NCBI GenBank assembly: GCA_964016885.1
Contig: OZ024743.1
Coordinates: 345,278,001-345,342,000 of the forward strand
From: Eledone cirrhosa
Taxonomy: Eukaryota
Length of the DNA: 64,000 nt
Direction of reading: 5' to 3'
A program made the translations under genes and the position numbers. The notes under the pieces are model-generated. The model did no database searches. It was not told the origin of the DNA and was given only the letters and a program-made list of their open reading frames with translations. Each line of letters starts with the position of its first letter. Position 1 is the first letter of the stretch. Of the stretch, positions 49,194-64,000 are shown one piece after another.

Positions 49194-50105
49194 ATGCGTA
49201 ACAATAGACAAACTATCTGGTTCTCTCCTCCCTTCTCACTCAACGTTAAAACCAATGTAGGCAAACAGTTTCTAGCCTTCTTAGATAGACACTTTCCCAT
49301 AGGTCATAAATACCGCTCCATCTTTAACCGACACAAAGTAAAACTAGGATACTCTTGCGCTAAGAACAGGAAGGCCCACATCACCAAAAGTCCTAAGAGC
49401 AACACCCCACCAGGGTGCTCTTGCCATAAGTCCGAAGCTTGTCCCCTTCAACAGCAATGCAACACACCCGCTGTAGTATATGAAGCTGTGGTCACTTCAC
49501 ACGGACCAAATCAACCACAGGTGGTCAAAACCTATGTGGGCATAGTGGAGGGCCGATTTAAGGAACGCTTCCTGAACCAGCAGTCGACCTTTAGGTACCC
49601 GGACAAATGTTCATCCACGAAACTCACGAGACACGTATGGTCCCTCAAGGACTCAGGTATAGACTACTCCATTCAATGGAAAGCCATCACTAAGTCCAAA
49701 CCATACGCAAGGGGCAATACGTCGTGTGGACTATGTATTTGTGAACGAATAAATATTCTAAAGAGATTACGCAATAACGATTGCTTAAACCAAGAAATAA
49801 ATTCTTCACACGTTGCCCACACGTCTGGAAACACCTCTTACATAACTACAAAGCTCCGGATTGAATTACAACAACATCCTAATTTTCGTATCAACTAGAA
49901 ACTTTTTTACTTTCGCAGTTATCTCCCTTACACCTCTCGCACGCAATTTAGTATTGACTGAGTGAAGTGACCGTTTCTGCGCATGCTCGTTCGTACGGTT
50001 GTCCTGCCTGTTCCGTATAACCGTGTCCATTACGAGCTGAGGATCCGCTAAGGTGAAACAATTGTTCTCGGTATGGTGAACTAACTGTTGTGTAACCACT
50101 CCTAT
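49194..50105 (+). mobile_element. 5'-truncated Penelope-like element (probably Hydra clade): RT C-terminus, GIY-YIG endonuclease and 3' UTR
   Basis: ORF 49194-49898 contains IWFSPPFSLNVKTNVG, HFP..H..IFNR, CSCHKSEACPL (CxCx5C), VVY..YVG..FKERF and CGLC..E. Confidence 0.88.
50033..50070 (+). ncRNA. Minimal type I hammerhead ribozyme motif
   Basis: CGAG-CTGAGGA-tCCgctaaGGt-GAAA-CAATTG-TT-CTCG: stem I CGAG/CTCG, short stem II and palindromic stem III; lies in the PLE 3' UTR. Confidence 0.75.
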
Positions 50106-50949
50106 ATAGATATATATATATATATAAATATATATATATACATATATATATATACATATATATATATGTGTGTGAGTGTGTGTGTGTGCGTGTGTGTGTG
50201 AGTATGTGAGGGGGGATGAATATGAGTATGTGTCCATGAACAGTAAAAGAAAGTAAACTATAGTGAATGATACAGCACAATGAAGATGAATGTTATGAGT
50301 TAAACGATTCATATACTGCGAAAGGGGTCAAGAGTTTAAGTACAAACAGAAATAAAACCTCACGGGGGAGAATCACGTGTGTGTTTCGTCTCGCTCTCTC
50401 TCTCTGTCTCCCCCTCCTCTCTCTCTCTAGCTATATATATATATAGTAAAAGTATATTTAAAGAGTAATGTTTTTTTAATCTGAGAGAATGAATAATTTT
50501 ATTGTTGCATTGAATATAGCCTTGTTCCATTGGTATAACAACGTTATCTAATATTATATATTAAATATTAAATATTGAAAAACATGTTTTTCATGTTTTC
50601 TGTAAGCATTTGAAATATATATGAATTTTTGTCATTATTATAGAAAGATTTAGAAACATTGCTCATAATACAAAACAATGGTAAAATATACAAACAGCCA
50701 ATATACACAATATAATCACGTTGGTGATGATGCATATTCCTAGCAAACAATCTTTGACAATGAAGTTTGAATAAATCCTCTCGTTCACGATAAAAAGGCA
50801 GTACTATATCCAACAAAACATCACATACAGAATTTGTGAAACAATGTTAATGATGAATTCAGGAACTTTACTGTTCCAAACTGTATGGACTCTTACCAAA
50901 ATATAAAGTGATCTTGTAACAGATAACAGTAGAGCATAATCATAATAAC

Positions 50950-51120
50950 CCCCCGCCCGTCAATTCAATCTATCTTATTTCTCATACTTTCTTCTGATGA
51001 AGGACTAACGTCCGAAACGTCAAGACCCTCTTCCAGCTACCAGCTATATCAAGTGTTAACCTAATATATCCCTTCCATATACTGTACCGATTGTGTTGTT
51101 ATTTCTGTTTACTTTTTACA
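50950..51120 (+). mobile_element. Solo PLE pseudo-LTR/3' end
   Basis: Homologous to 44178-44340; ends in (CA)n. Confidence 0.75.
50990..51025 (+). ncRNA. Minimal type I hammerhead ribozyme motif
   Basis: TCTT-CTGATGA-A-GGAC-TAAC-GTCC-GAAA-CG-TC-AAGA: intact core, GUC cleavage triplet and palindromic ACGT stem III. Confidence 0.88.
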
Positions 51121-51121
51121 T

Positions 51122-51152
<31 letters not shown>

Positions 51153-51483
51153 TATATATATATAGAGAGAGAGAGATAAAAAGATAGATACAAGATAGAT
51201 AGATAGATATGAGAGTGTGTAGGCATAGCAAAACATAACATGTCAATAACAATACATATATATATATAACAATACATAAACTAACAATACATATATATAT
51301 CTCGGTGTTTGTAGATATGTGCAAATAGTGATAAATTTGTATTAGGTGAAATAGTAGATAAATCATTATAAACAGATTCTTGTATTTTGTAAAATTACCT
51401 ACGTCAAAGAGGCAGTATAAAGGTATGTGAACACTTTACACGATATAAGATCATATATATATACATATATATATGTATCTGTT

Positions 51484-51538
<55 letters not shown>

Positions 51539-51583
51539 ATATATATATATGTATTTATTATATATATATATATATTATATTAC

Positions 51584-51615
<32 letters not shown>

Positions 51616-51677
51616 AATATATATATATATCTGTATATATATATATATATCTGTATATATATATATATATATCTGTA

Positions 51678-51724
<47 letters not shown>

Positions 51725-51751
51725 CTGTATATGTATATATATATCTGTATC

Positions 51752-51821
<70 letters not shown>

Positions 51822-51879
51822 TATATATATATATCTGTATATATATATATATCTGTATATATATATATATATCTGTATC

Positions 51880-51975
<96 letters not shown>

Positions 51976-52184
51976 TATATATATATATTCAAGTAAACCG
52001 AGATATAATTATACATATTCATTTACATCACCATCTATGTGTATAACCATCTATATATATATATGTTTAGTTGTCAGAAGCGATGATTAATATATATGCT
52101 TACAATAACTTCGTTTTTTTTACCGTTATCCGTATATTTTTTCATCAAAGCATATAAATATGGGTTAACAGAGAGAAAAAAAAC

Positions 52185-53900
<1,716 letters not shown>

Positions 53901-54096
53901 TGTATATATATATATATATACAATGTATATCAATGCATTGTAGAGATATATGAAAGCGATGGATGAGAATATTTATACTGTGTAGAAAAAATGGAGTAAA
54001 ATGATAAAAAATCGATTAGATAAAACCCTTCATGTAAAAAAGAAAAGTGAACCCCAGTGTCATAGATAAAAGAAACAAAATGTCTACATGCAGAGA

Positions 54097-54166
<70 letters not shown>

Positions 54167-54227
54167 CAAATACACACACATATATATATATAATTAAGCG
54201 TATACATATATATATACATATACATAT

Positions 54228-54281
<54 letters not shown>

Positions 54282-54840
54282 TACTAAACGGATGAAAAAT
54301 AGATTTTTCTTCTTCAGGAAATCCGTACTGTCAAAGTGAATGTTTTCCAAAGAACGATTTAGGAACCTGAAAATTATGTATATCTGCCTCTTTTAATAGA
54401 GATAATATGGGAGATTCTATGATTATTTCGGTCCCCCAAGCATTTGGTCTAAAAATTCATGGAAAGAAAGGGCTTCGCCACCTTCACGTATTGCATGTTT
54501 AGGTGAATTGCTGTGTATTACAAACACACAGTTATAACTTCATAGGTAAATTCCGTCATCATCTTGATTTTTTTTTTTGAAATAGCTTTGATTCGACTTT
54601 TTTTAATGAAACTGTGTGGATGGAAATTGTTTGGAATTCCGTCAGTTGAATTTTATATGTATTACAAAGGTCCAACCTTGTCACATGTATTTTCTTACAG
54701 ATTCAGCTTGGGTCTTACTTTGAGCATACATGCGATTGCGAAAGACTGAACAACTTACATGTTCATTCTTGATTTAAACTTTAAGATGAACCAATAATGA
54801 AATGCCTATTGTCGAAACCAACGACATTATTATCACCATA

Positions 54841-55395
54841 GGGCGGTGGATTGGCAGTAACGGTAGAGGGTCGGACGCCATGCTTTCCAGCATAGTTACG
54901 TCCCTTTACGATCTGAGTTCAAATCCCGCCGAGGTTGATTTGCCTTTATCCTTACGGGGTCGATAAAATAAAGTACCAGTAATGCACTGAGTAATTGCTG
55001 GCCTTGTGCCTAAAGTAGAAATAATTATTATCACCATAAGGGCGGTGGATTGGCTGTAGTGACAGAGGGTCGGACGCCATGCGTTGCAGCATAGAGCTTT
55101 ACGGTCTAAGTTCAAATTCCGCCGAGGTAAACTTTGCCTTCATCCTTACGGGCTCGATAAAATACAGTACCAGTAATGCACTGGGATAATTGCTGTGCCA
55201 AATGTAGAAACAATTATTATCACCATAACTATGTATTGATAGGAACAGATGAATAACTAATTTTAATGGTAATTAAGGTTGTATTTCATAATTGTTTCTA
55301 CTTTAGGAACAAGGCCAGCAATTAACCAGTGCATTACAGGTACTTTATTTTATCGACCCCGTAAAGATGAAAGGTAAAGTCAACCTCGGCGGGTT
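54841..55395. mobile_element. Cluster of tRNA-SINEs (54841-55030 +, 55040-55220 +, 55290-55395 - partial)
   Basis: Match the SINE consensus. The two plus-strand copies carry A/B boxes and are bounded by repeated attattatcaccata. Confidence 0.9.
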
Positions 55396-56030
55396 CATAA
55401 TATATATACATTTACATAGAAAAGTTGAAAAAACTGAGTGAATAGGGTAAAATTATTGCATCCAGCTTAAGATATGCACACTGTAAGATGCTTGCTGCAA
55501 GATGCAACTTAAAGGTTGGGGTGTCAGGATGTGCATCTGGATTTAAAGCATTGTTTCAAAAAGATCCCTACAAGGAATATTAAGCCCTGCGTTAGTTAGA
55601 AGAATGACATAAAAACGTTTGTTCTATGAGTACAGAGCATTTTTCCTCACATTACTCAGTTGATCAACGTCAGTCTACACAAGAGAGTGGTTGTTGTATA
55701 TTTTTGTTTTTCACTTTATCTAATTACTTATTTGTTAGGGGATTATAGTCAGTCTTCATGACACCTTTCAGGATTTTGTAGCCAGGTGAGGGGGAACAAG
55801 TTATTTTCAGATTGCAAACATGATCCGAATATCTGCAACAGAATGCACTGTGCTTGTTGGTTGTGAGAAACCGGGTTAAACCTCATTGCCCTTTGAACTC
55901 AGAGGTCATAGTGCTAGAACAAGTACTACAAGGATTTGGTAATTGCTTAAAAGATTGTAAATTAGTCATGTTAAGATCTCTGGTTCACACGCACACAGAA
56001 AACAATCAATGGTAGATAAATAAATACATC

Positions 56031-56080
<50 letters not shown>

Positions 56081-56120
56081 ACTAGAAATTGATTGACACA
56101 TACACATAGATAAATACATA

Positions 56121-56177
<57 letters not shown>

Positions 56178-56321
56178 ATAAACATGAAACAATCACAGGG
56201 AATAATTTGTAAAGTGTGTTAGCACACACAGCTAGGTAGGTAACTAATTAATTCTGCAGTGGATATGGTGCATGTCTCTCAGACATGACACCCATAATTA
56301 ATTTTGGATATATATATATAT

Positions 56322-56480
56322 ATAGGAAAAAGTATGACCCCGACGGCAGAGCTCAAGCAGTTAGTCCAGAAATAGAGCTCTGCCATCGGGGTCATACTTT
56401 TTCCTATTTCCCACTCTACTACCCTAAGTATTGAGTGCTCTGGGGCGTTATGGTCCATCTGGTCCCTTACACAATTCATT
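56322..56480 (+). repeat. Short fold-back insertion (family of 47656)
   Basis: ataggaaaaagtatgaccccgacggcagagctc / gagctctgccatcggggtcatactttttcctat plus a shared tail. Confidence 0.75.
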
Positions 56481-56482
56481 TG

Positions 56483-56513
<31 letters not shown>

Positions 56514-56597
56514 AGTGCAAACTTCGTTTATTCATCGCCAATGTTATATATATTTCGGTGTTAACCATTATTCAACACTTAGGTTGTAAGAAGTATA

Positions 56598-56795
56598 CCT
56601 ATGGGTTATATCAAACATTGATAATATTCGTTTCATTTGTAAACAAACGGCCCGACTAAAGCTGTGCCGTGCCGGTGACAAATCGTCAACCGTTTGTTCA
56701 ACACTAACATTGAGAAACAATCGGCATGCTTTAACTGGGCCGTTTGTTTGCAAACGAATCGAATATTATCATTAATGTTCGATATAACGCATAGG
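56598..56795. mobile_element. MITE with long terminal inverted repeats and TA target duplication
   Basis: TA|CCTATGGGTTATATC..GATATAACGCATAGG|TA; imperfect arms of ~70 bp. Confidence 0.75.
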
Positions 56796-56825
56796 TACAT
56801 ATGTATATGTATATATGCGTGTGTT

Positions 56826-56873
<48 letters not shown>

Positions 56874-56957
56874 GTGTGTATATATATATATACGTGTGCG
56901 TGCATATGCATACTTACATTTATGTATCAGCTCTGCTAGGGCGAGAAATCAAATTCA

Positions 56958-57053
<96 letters not shown>

Positions 57054-57085
57054 AGATCAAAAGATGGTTAAAAGAGTTCCAAGTA

Positions 57086-57152
57086 TTTTATTATGCGCAT
57101 TTCAAAAACTAATATCATCATGGGATGATATCTGCATTTTCATCAGATAAAA
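57086..57152 (-). ncRNA. Type I hammerhead ribozyme motif in a PLE-type 3' end
   Basis: Minus strand: TTTTAT-CTGATGA-[stem II containing ATATCATC-ccat-GATGATAT]-GAAA-TGCGCA-TA-ATAAAA; perfect 6-bp stem I and palindromic stem III. Confidence 0.82.
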
Positions 57153-57325
57153 GAGGGATACATGATATGAAGCTTAAAAAACACTTGTGAATAGTGAAGT
57201 TTTAAATCAACGTATGTTGATTTAAAACTTATAAATATATTATTTATACTCGAGTCCTACAACAGTAGAGTGCTACTTATCCGATATTTGCATTGCTTTA
57301 TTGTGCTACAATAAAACTCACCTCC

Positions 57326-57464
<139 letters not shown>

Positions 57465-57503
57465 CCACACACTTACACACATACACACACACATACACAT
57501 ATG

Positions 57504-57534
<31 letters not shown>

Positions 57535-57579
57535 TTATATGTATATATAAATGTGTGTGCGTGTGTGTGTATGTGTATC

Positions 57580-57716
57580 CCGGGTTCAATCGGGGGGTAA
57601 CAACAGCAAGTAAGATACTCAATACATAGCAGAGTATAAATATTTAATATAGAAATGGCCTCTACAGGACTACAACTGTTTCATTCAAATAACACAGTTC
57701 TAGTCCTGTAGAAGCC

Positions 57717-57725
<9 letters not shown>
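57580..57725 (-). repeat. PLE-type 3' end with a terminal fold-back hairpin (57648-57725)
   Basis: atagaaatggcctctacaggacta / tagtcctgtagaagccatttctat; the minus strand retains GAAA-CAGTTG-TA. Confidence 0.65.
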
Positions 57726-57770
<45 letters not shown>

Positions 57771-57790
57771 TATATATATATATACATATA

Positions 57791-57988
57791 ACAAAAAGCG
57801 TGTGGTAAGATACCAGGTGGACCATAACGCACCAGAGTACTCAATACTTAGAGTAGTAGAGTGGGTAATAGGAAAAGAATCAGAACCGTGACGGCTCAGG
57901 TCCGGTCGTTTCAGCAGCTAAATCCGAAGCTCGGATCTAGCTGTCGAAACGGCCGGAGCTCAGTCGTCGGTGTCCTGACTCTTTTCCT

Positions 57989-57990
<2 letters not shown>
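57791..57990 (-). repeat. Short fold-back insertion (diverged relative of 47656/56322)
   Basis: Hairpin 57867-57990; the tail is the reverse complement of 56410-56475. Confidence 0.7.
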
Positions 57991-58031
<41 letters not shown>

Positions 58032-58072
58032 CGATATTAAATAAATGGAAACTATATTTATAAAACCATATT

Positions 58073-58138
58073 TATTTCATTATATATATTTCAGGGATAT
58101 CATATTAAAAATATGGTATGCCTTCATCAGACAAAATA
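58073..58138 (-). ncRNA. Hammerhead ribozyme motif, left arm
   Basis: Reverse complement of 61584-61649; in sense orientation to the PLE ORF. Confidence 0.78.
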
Positions 58139-58388
58139 CAATATAAACAGTCTTATAAATAGATAGATTTGACATACCTTACAACTTCAACTTCCATTTA
58201 AAAAGTTGATTTGGTAGTGAAAAATGTTAGGGACAGTTATAAAAAGAAAGAAAGAAAGAAAGCGAAGAAAAAGAAGAAATGCATGCAACGAAAAACAGAG
58301 AGAGATAGATATAGAGAGATAGATAGAGAGAAGAAATTCATGTAAAGAAAACACAGAGAGAGATAGATAGAGAGAGAAAAAAAGACAG

Positions 58389-58439
<51 letters not shown>

Positions 58440-59568
58440 AGAGAGAGAAAAATAGAGAGAGATAGATATAGATAGAGATAGAGAGAAAGAAAATAGGTAG
58501 TTGGGCACCAGTTGAATGACGTATCAATGATATATTTATTTATTTATTTAGTTCTAGTATTAAGGTAGAGAGAGATATATGTGGTTAGGAGAGAAAACAG
58601 CCGTTACATAGAGAGAAAAGAATAATATCCAGAGATAAACGAGGCAGATTTAAAACATTATGTTTTATCAATCTAAAAATATCAATTCGTATGAATTAGG
58701 TATTATAATGTAAATATCAGTATTCATGAATGAGACACATATCAATAATGTGTGAAAAATAATGATCATATGTCTAGTTTAAAATTCTTAGGTTTATAAT
58801 CAGAGCTGAGATTTAAAAAAATGAGATAAAAAAACTGAGATAAAAAACTGAGATAAAAAAACTTCAAAAAAAATTGAAAAACATAAGTATATATGCACTT
58901 TCATGAAAAAAGAAAAAGAAAATAGAAGGTTATCCCAGATTCGATACTATAGACATCCATGTGAATTTACGTGATCAACTCTGCAAATTCCTATTTCACA
59001 TGAAAACATTCTCATTGTGCTATAAACATTCTAGTATACATATATGTGTACATACACACAAATATATATAGAATCTACATTAATTTTAACAATACTATTC
59101 TTGTCTTTACTCTACATGATTATCGTTCAAGCATAAATAGACAACAGATATCAATATATCAATAAAAATATTAAAAAAATTAAAAAATATTAAAAATAAA
59201 ACACAGTATGCCCCGCAAATCAACCACAGAAATCAACCCTTCAAAATTAATTGACAATATATTGCCAAGTTCATTATAAGCATCAGAATCAAAAGCAAAC
59301 AAAACCAAAATTATTTACCAAATCCTGTCTAGCAGAAATCATTCCAAAAGTTTAGGATACCCATTTGATCTACAGATGGTCTTATATTTATTATAGAAGT
59401 TTATCTAGTGTAAAATTTATTCGATATATTTGGAGCATCAGCTTTTAGGGTAGTTTAATTATTCATGAAGAATGTTTAAAAAAAAGAAATCGAAAGATTT
59501 ATCGGCGAGTTTCATAAATAATTACAAATCATAAGTAAATATACTACATTTTAAATTTATATTTATAT

Positions 59569-60469
59569 TTAAAAGTTGAGTTCAATCTGTCTGCAGCAAC
59601 TGAATAAATTTGTCCGTAAATTAAGGGAATTTTTAGATTTTAGTATAAAGAATATCTCCTCCGCGCAGAGGTCACATGTCTCAGAAGATGAATTAAAAGG
59701 AATCCCTCTTGAGACTATATTCCAAGCCGTCGAATATCCAACGTTATCATGCTTAAGTTGCCAGAGTAAGCCTGATAGTGATGTTGAAGATTTTTTGCTT
59801 GGATCTGTGAAAGAATTCTTGTGGTTATTATAGCGAAGTTTAAATTCTGTCGAGATGGAACCAACATAGTTAAAAGAATTTAAGTCCGTTTTAACATTAC
59901 AGTTGTATATTATATTTTTAACTAAGCAATTGTTATTTAACGGACATTTAGATCTATCTCTACAGTTACATTTGTTTACTTGGATATTATTTATGCTATT
60001 ATCGGTATTTTGGCTAGGTTTTAAATTCCTATTATTTATTCTATTAATATTTTGTGCTAAATTTTTGGTGGATGAGTAAGTTAATTTTATAGTATGTCTA
60101 TTGAAAATTGAGTGATACTTATGTGTTCTAGGGAAGCGATTATCAAGAGCATTAAAAAATAGTTTAGCGATGTGGGTTTTAATGTTTAGTGAGAAGGGGG
60201 GGGGGCAAACCATATTATATTCCTAGTTCTATTTCTTTTTTGGCTTTTGGAATTATTGTAATGCTTTCTAGTATAGTTGTTAAAGTTGTTGCCGTAATTA
60301 AAATTGTTGTTATTTTGGTTAGTTTGTCTATTATTATCTATGTACATAATTTTATCACTATATCCTGCTCTAGCTAACGCTTCATTGTAATACTGGGCTT
60401 TTTCGTCGAAAATCTTTTTATTAGATGAGATTCAAGAGATACGTTTTTGAACAGAGTTCACTATAGTAT
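59569..60469 (-). pseudogene. PLE ORF 3' part (RT thumb/linker plus GIY-YIG endonuclease)
   Basis: KRIS*ISSNKKIF..YNEALARAGY..RTRNIIWF, a frameshift in the poly-C run, then PPFSLNIKT..CNCRDRSKCPL..IIY..YVG..FKLRYNNHKNSF..CDLCAEE. Confidence 0.88.
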
Positions 60470-61172
60470 TCAATTAATTTTGAAGGGTTGATTTCTGTGG
60501 TTGATTTGCGGGGCATACTGTGTTTTATTTTTAATATTTTTTAATTTTTTTAATATTTTTATTGATATATTGATATCTGTGGTCTATTTATGCTTGAACG
60601 ATAATCATGTAGAATAAAGACAAGAATAGTATTGTTAAAATTAATGTAGATTCTATATATATTTGTGTGTATGTACACATATATGTATACTAGAATTTTT
60701 ATAGCACAATGAGAATGTTTTCATGTGAAATAGGAATTTGCAGAGTTGATCACGTAAATTCACATTGATGTCTATAGTATCGAATCTGGGATAACCTTCT
60801 ATTTTCTTTTTCTTTTTTCATGAAAGTGCATATATACTTATGTATTTCAATTTTTTTTGAAGTTTTTTATCTCAGTTTTTTATCTCAGTTTTTTTATCTC
60901 ATTTTTTTAAATCTCAGCTCTGATTATAAACCTAGGAATTTTAAACTAGACATATGATCATTATTTTTCACACATTATTGATACGTGTCTCATTCATGAA
61001 TACTGATATTTACATTATAATACCTAATTCATACGAATTGATATTTTTAGATTGATAAAACATAATGTTTTAAATCTGCCTCGTTTATCTCTGGATATTA
61101 TTCTTTTCTCTCTATGTAACGGCTGTTTTCTCGCCTAACCACATATATCTCTCTCTACCTTAATACTAGAAC

Positions 61173-61203
<31 letters not shown>

Positions 61204-61583
61204 ATATATCATTGATACGTCATGCAACTGGTGCCCAACTACCTATTTTCTTTCTCTCTATCTCTATCTATATCTATCTCTCTCTATTTTTTCTCTCTCT
61301 CTCTCTTCTCTCTCTCTCTCTATCTATCTTCCTCTGTCTCTTTTTCTGTCTCTATCTATCTCTCTCTGTTTTTTCTTTACATGAATTTCTTCTCTCTATC
61401 TATCTCTCTATATCTCTCTCTCCCTGTTTTTCGTTGCATGCATTTCTTCTTTTTCTTCGCTTTCTTTCTTTCTTTCTTTTTATAACTGTCCCTAACATTT
61501 TTCACTACCAAATCAACTTTTTAAATGGAAGTTGAAGTTGTAAGGTATGTCAAATCTATCTATTTATAAGACTGTTTTTATTG

Positions 61584-61649
61584 TATTTTGTCTGATGAAG
61601 GCATACCATATTTTTAATATGATATCCCTGAAATATATATAATGAAATA
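61584..61649 (+). ncRNA. Hammerhead ribozyme motif, right arm
   Basis: TATTTTGT-CTGATGA-AGG..CATATT-ttt-AATATG..CCT-GAAA-TATATA-TA-ATGAAATA; stem I is 8 bp including two G-U pairs. Confidence 0.78.
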
Positions 61650-61775
61650 AATATGGTTTTATAAATATAGTTTCCATTTATTTAATATCGTAAATATACT
61701 CCAAATACTTGTTGAGTGCTTTTATATCAGTTATAAATATTTACTCGTTGTAACCCAACAATTTAAATAAAACTT

Positions 61776-61865
<90 letters not shown>

Positions 61866-61877
61866 TATATATTTATG

Positions 61878-61910
<33 letters not shown>

Positions 61911-62104
61911 GGGAGTGTGTGTTTGTATGTGTGTAGCGCTTGTTTATATATGTATTCCTGTTGCACAGTTTTTATCAGTGTTTATTTGTGTAAAAACAAA
62001 TATGCACGGACGATTTTTTATGAATTATTGGATAGCAAATGTTTATGTATGTATGTATGTATGTATGTATGTATGTATGTATGTATGTATGTATGTATGT
62101 CAGG

Positions 62105-62710
62105 TCACCAGTTGGTGCTACTGGTAACATGTATCCCAGTACAACCTGTCCCATGGTCGGGTCGTTGGCGACTAAACTGGCAACCCCACCAAGGTTTCTT
62201 GGTGAGGAGGGTGACTTTGGACATCCTGCAGGACTAAAAACAAAACCTGTCAAAGGGCAAAGGAGCTCTTAAGAGTCAATGGCCATCCAAAATCACCGGG
62301 AGAGATGACCCCTTAGCCTTTGTCAAGGCAGAATTCTAGGAGAAGGAAAACTCTGATATAACACCTGCAACCCTGATGGTATCCAATGATGTTGACTTGT
62401 TCTTCTTTTTGGTAAATATCATCTTGGTTAAGAGAGTGGGACTGGCTTTGTGCAGTGCCTTTGCTCACTATAAAAGCTTCACGGCACAGGCATTGCTTTA
62501 TATCTGGAGATCTCTCTGCACTTGTCGTCACATGGTACCATGGGCCCAGCACTATGTGTCAGTAATTGTCACAAGTGTAGTGTTTGTACCAGCGTTTTCA
62601 AGTCGCTGGCTGGACTAAAAAGTCACACTCGTTCAGCGCATCGGTAGGGGTTCTCCTACATGGATATAAAGTAGTGGCCGTACTCGAAAACGAGTTGGCA
62701 GCCATCATGT
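62105..62710 (+). mobile_element. ~600-bp non-autonomous RTE-derived element (5' leader fused to the 3' end)
   Basis: Flanked by (TATG)n on both sides; ends with CHKCSVCTSVFKSLAGLKSHTRSAHR* (C2H2) and a short 3' UTR. Confidence 0.72.
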
Positions 62711-63539
62711 ATGTATGTATGTATGTATGTATATATATATATATATATATATGTCTGTATGCATGTATGTATGTACATATGGATGCAAATGTATGCATAC
62801 ATAAATGTGTGTATGCTTGTACGTAGGTCTGTGTGTGTGCATGTATGTAAGTACATATGGATGCAGGTATGTATGCTTGTGCGTAGGTCTGTGTGAGTAT
62901 GTACGCGTTCGAATTTTTCTAAGTTTTGTAGTGGTGCTTATAATGCTTAATTTTAGGGTTTGGGGGATCGGACTGTATATTATAAGTAATGGGTTAACAT
63001 TGAAAACGGGAGGGCTTTACAGATTGTGGACGTGAGGGCGATGAGTTTGGGTGGGGGTAACAAAGAAAGATAAATAACGAGGGTATCAAAGATTGTTGTT
63101 GGCCAAACGATGAGAAAGATAGCTAGAGATAAATAGAAGATATCATAATCCTATCAATATTGAAATCAAACCGAATGATTAATGAACTAGTATCATTCAT
63201 CTTCATCGATTCCTACCTCCTTACTCCCACAACCACGTGCAATTTCCCGCCATTTACTCATCTATTTGGTTAGATTTGAGAGTGTCTTCAAACCGTGACA
63301 GTTGCCATTGATGTCTGAGAGCATGGAGGTGGAGCGCATACGAGGTATGGTGGGAATATATTATTTTACACTTTTGCGAAATGTAGACGTTCCTGCCTTT
63401 AGGTTGTAGCCATGCTGGGTCACCACAATCAAATCTCCCCCCCCCCCCTCGTCCACACACCTACACACACATATATATGTGTATAATATATATACATATA
63501 TATATATATATATAAGTATGTACACGTACATACAAAAAT

Positions 63540-63939
<400 letters not shown>

Positions 63940-64000
63940 AATATATATATATATAGTACCGATCGTGTTCTTATTTCTGTTTAGCTTTTACACACACACA

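Larger units (their letters stand above)
58030..61780 (-). mobile_element. Penelope-like element (probably Hydra clade) with ~1.22-kb inverted pseudo-LTR arms
   Basis: Arms 58030-59254 and 60470-61692 are near-identical reverse complements. The spacer encodes the PLE RT C-terminus and GIY-YIG on the minus strand. Confidence 0.9.

Noticed and set aside
54280-54830. Possible decayed PLE endonuclease fragment (minus strand)
   Set aside because: Only faint motif resemblance, not enough to annotate without a profile search.
60430-60436. In-frame TGA in the PLE ORF as possible selenocysteine
   Set aside because: Not at an expected Cys position, the copy is also frameshifted, no SECIS was recognised, and the domain order is not Naiad-type.

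Overview
AT-rich, microsatellite-saturated, gene-poor eukaryotic DNA. It is most likely cephalopod (Octopus-like), inferred from the tRNA-derived Meta-type SINE and the overall repeat landscape. No host protein-coding exon could be supported; the long ORFs in the track are microsatellite artefacts or decayed transposon ORFs. Recognisable content: (1) four Tx1/L1-type LINE copies, three of them stacked head-to-tail at 28-36.4 kb; (2) many tRNA-SINE copies including a tandem array; (3) RTE fragments and an internally deleted RTE derivative; (4) mariner remnants, two MITEs and Helitrons, two of them in tandem; (5) several Penelope-like element (PLE) fragments. The most notable signals are five well-formed minimal hammerhead ribozyme motifs from four PLE families, a 3.66-kb palindromic PLE insertion, and several tiny fold-back insertions whose symmetry centre sits where hammerhead stem II would lie. 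Also notable are a candidate Tx1-LINE/SINE partnership at (ATT)n repeats and a possible ~5.4-kb inversion with an inverted breakpoint duplication. All calls were made by eye and none was checked against databases.
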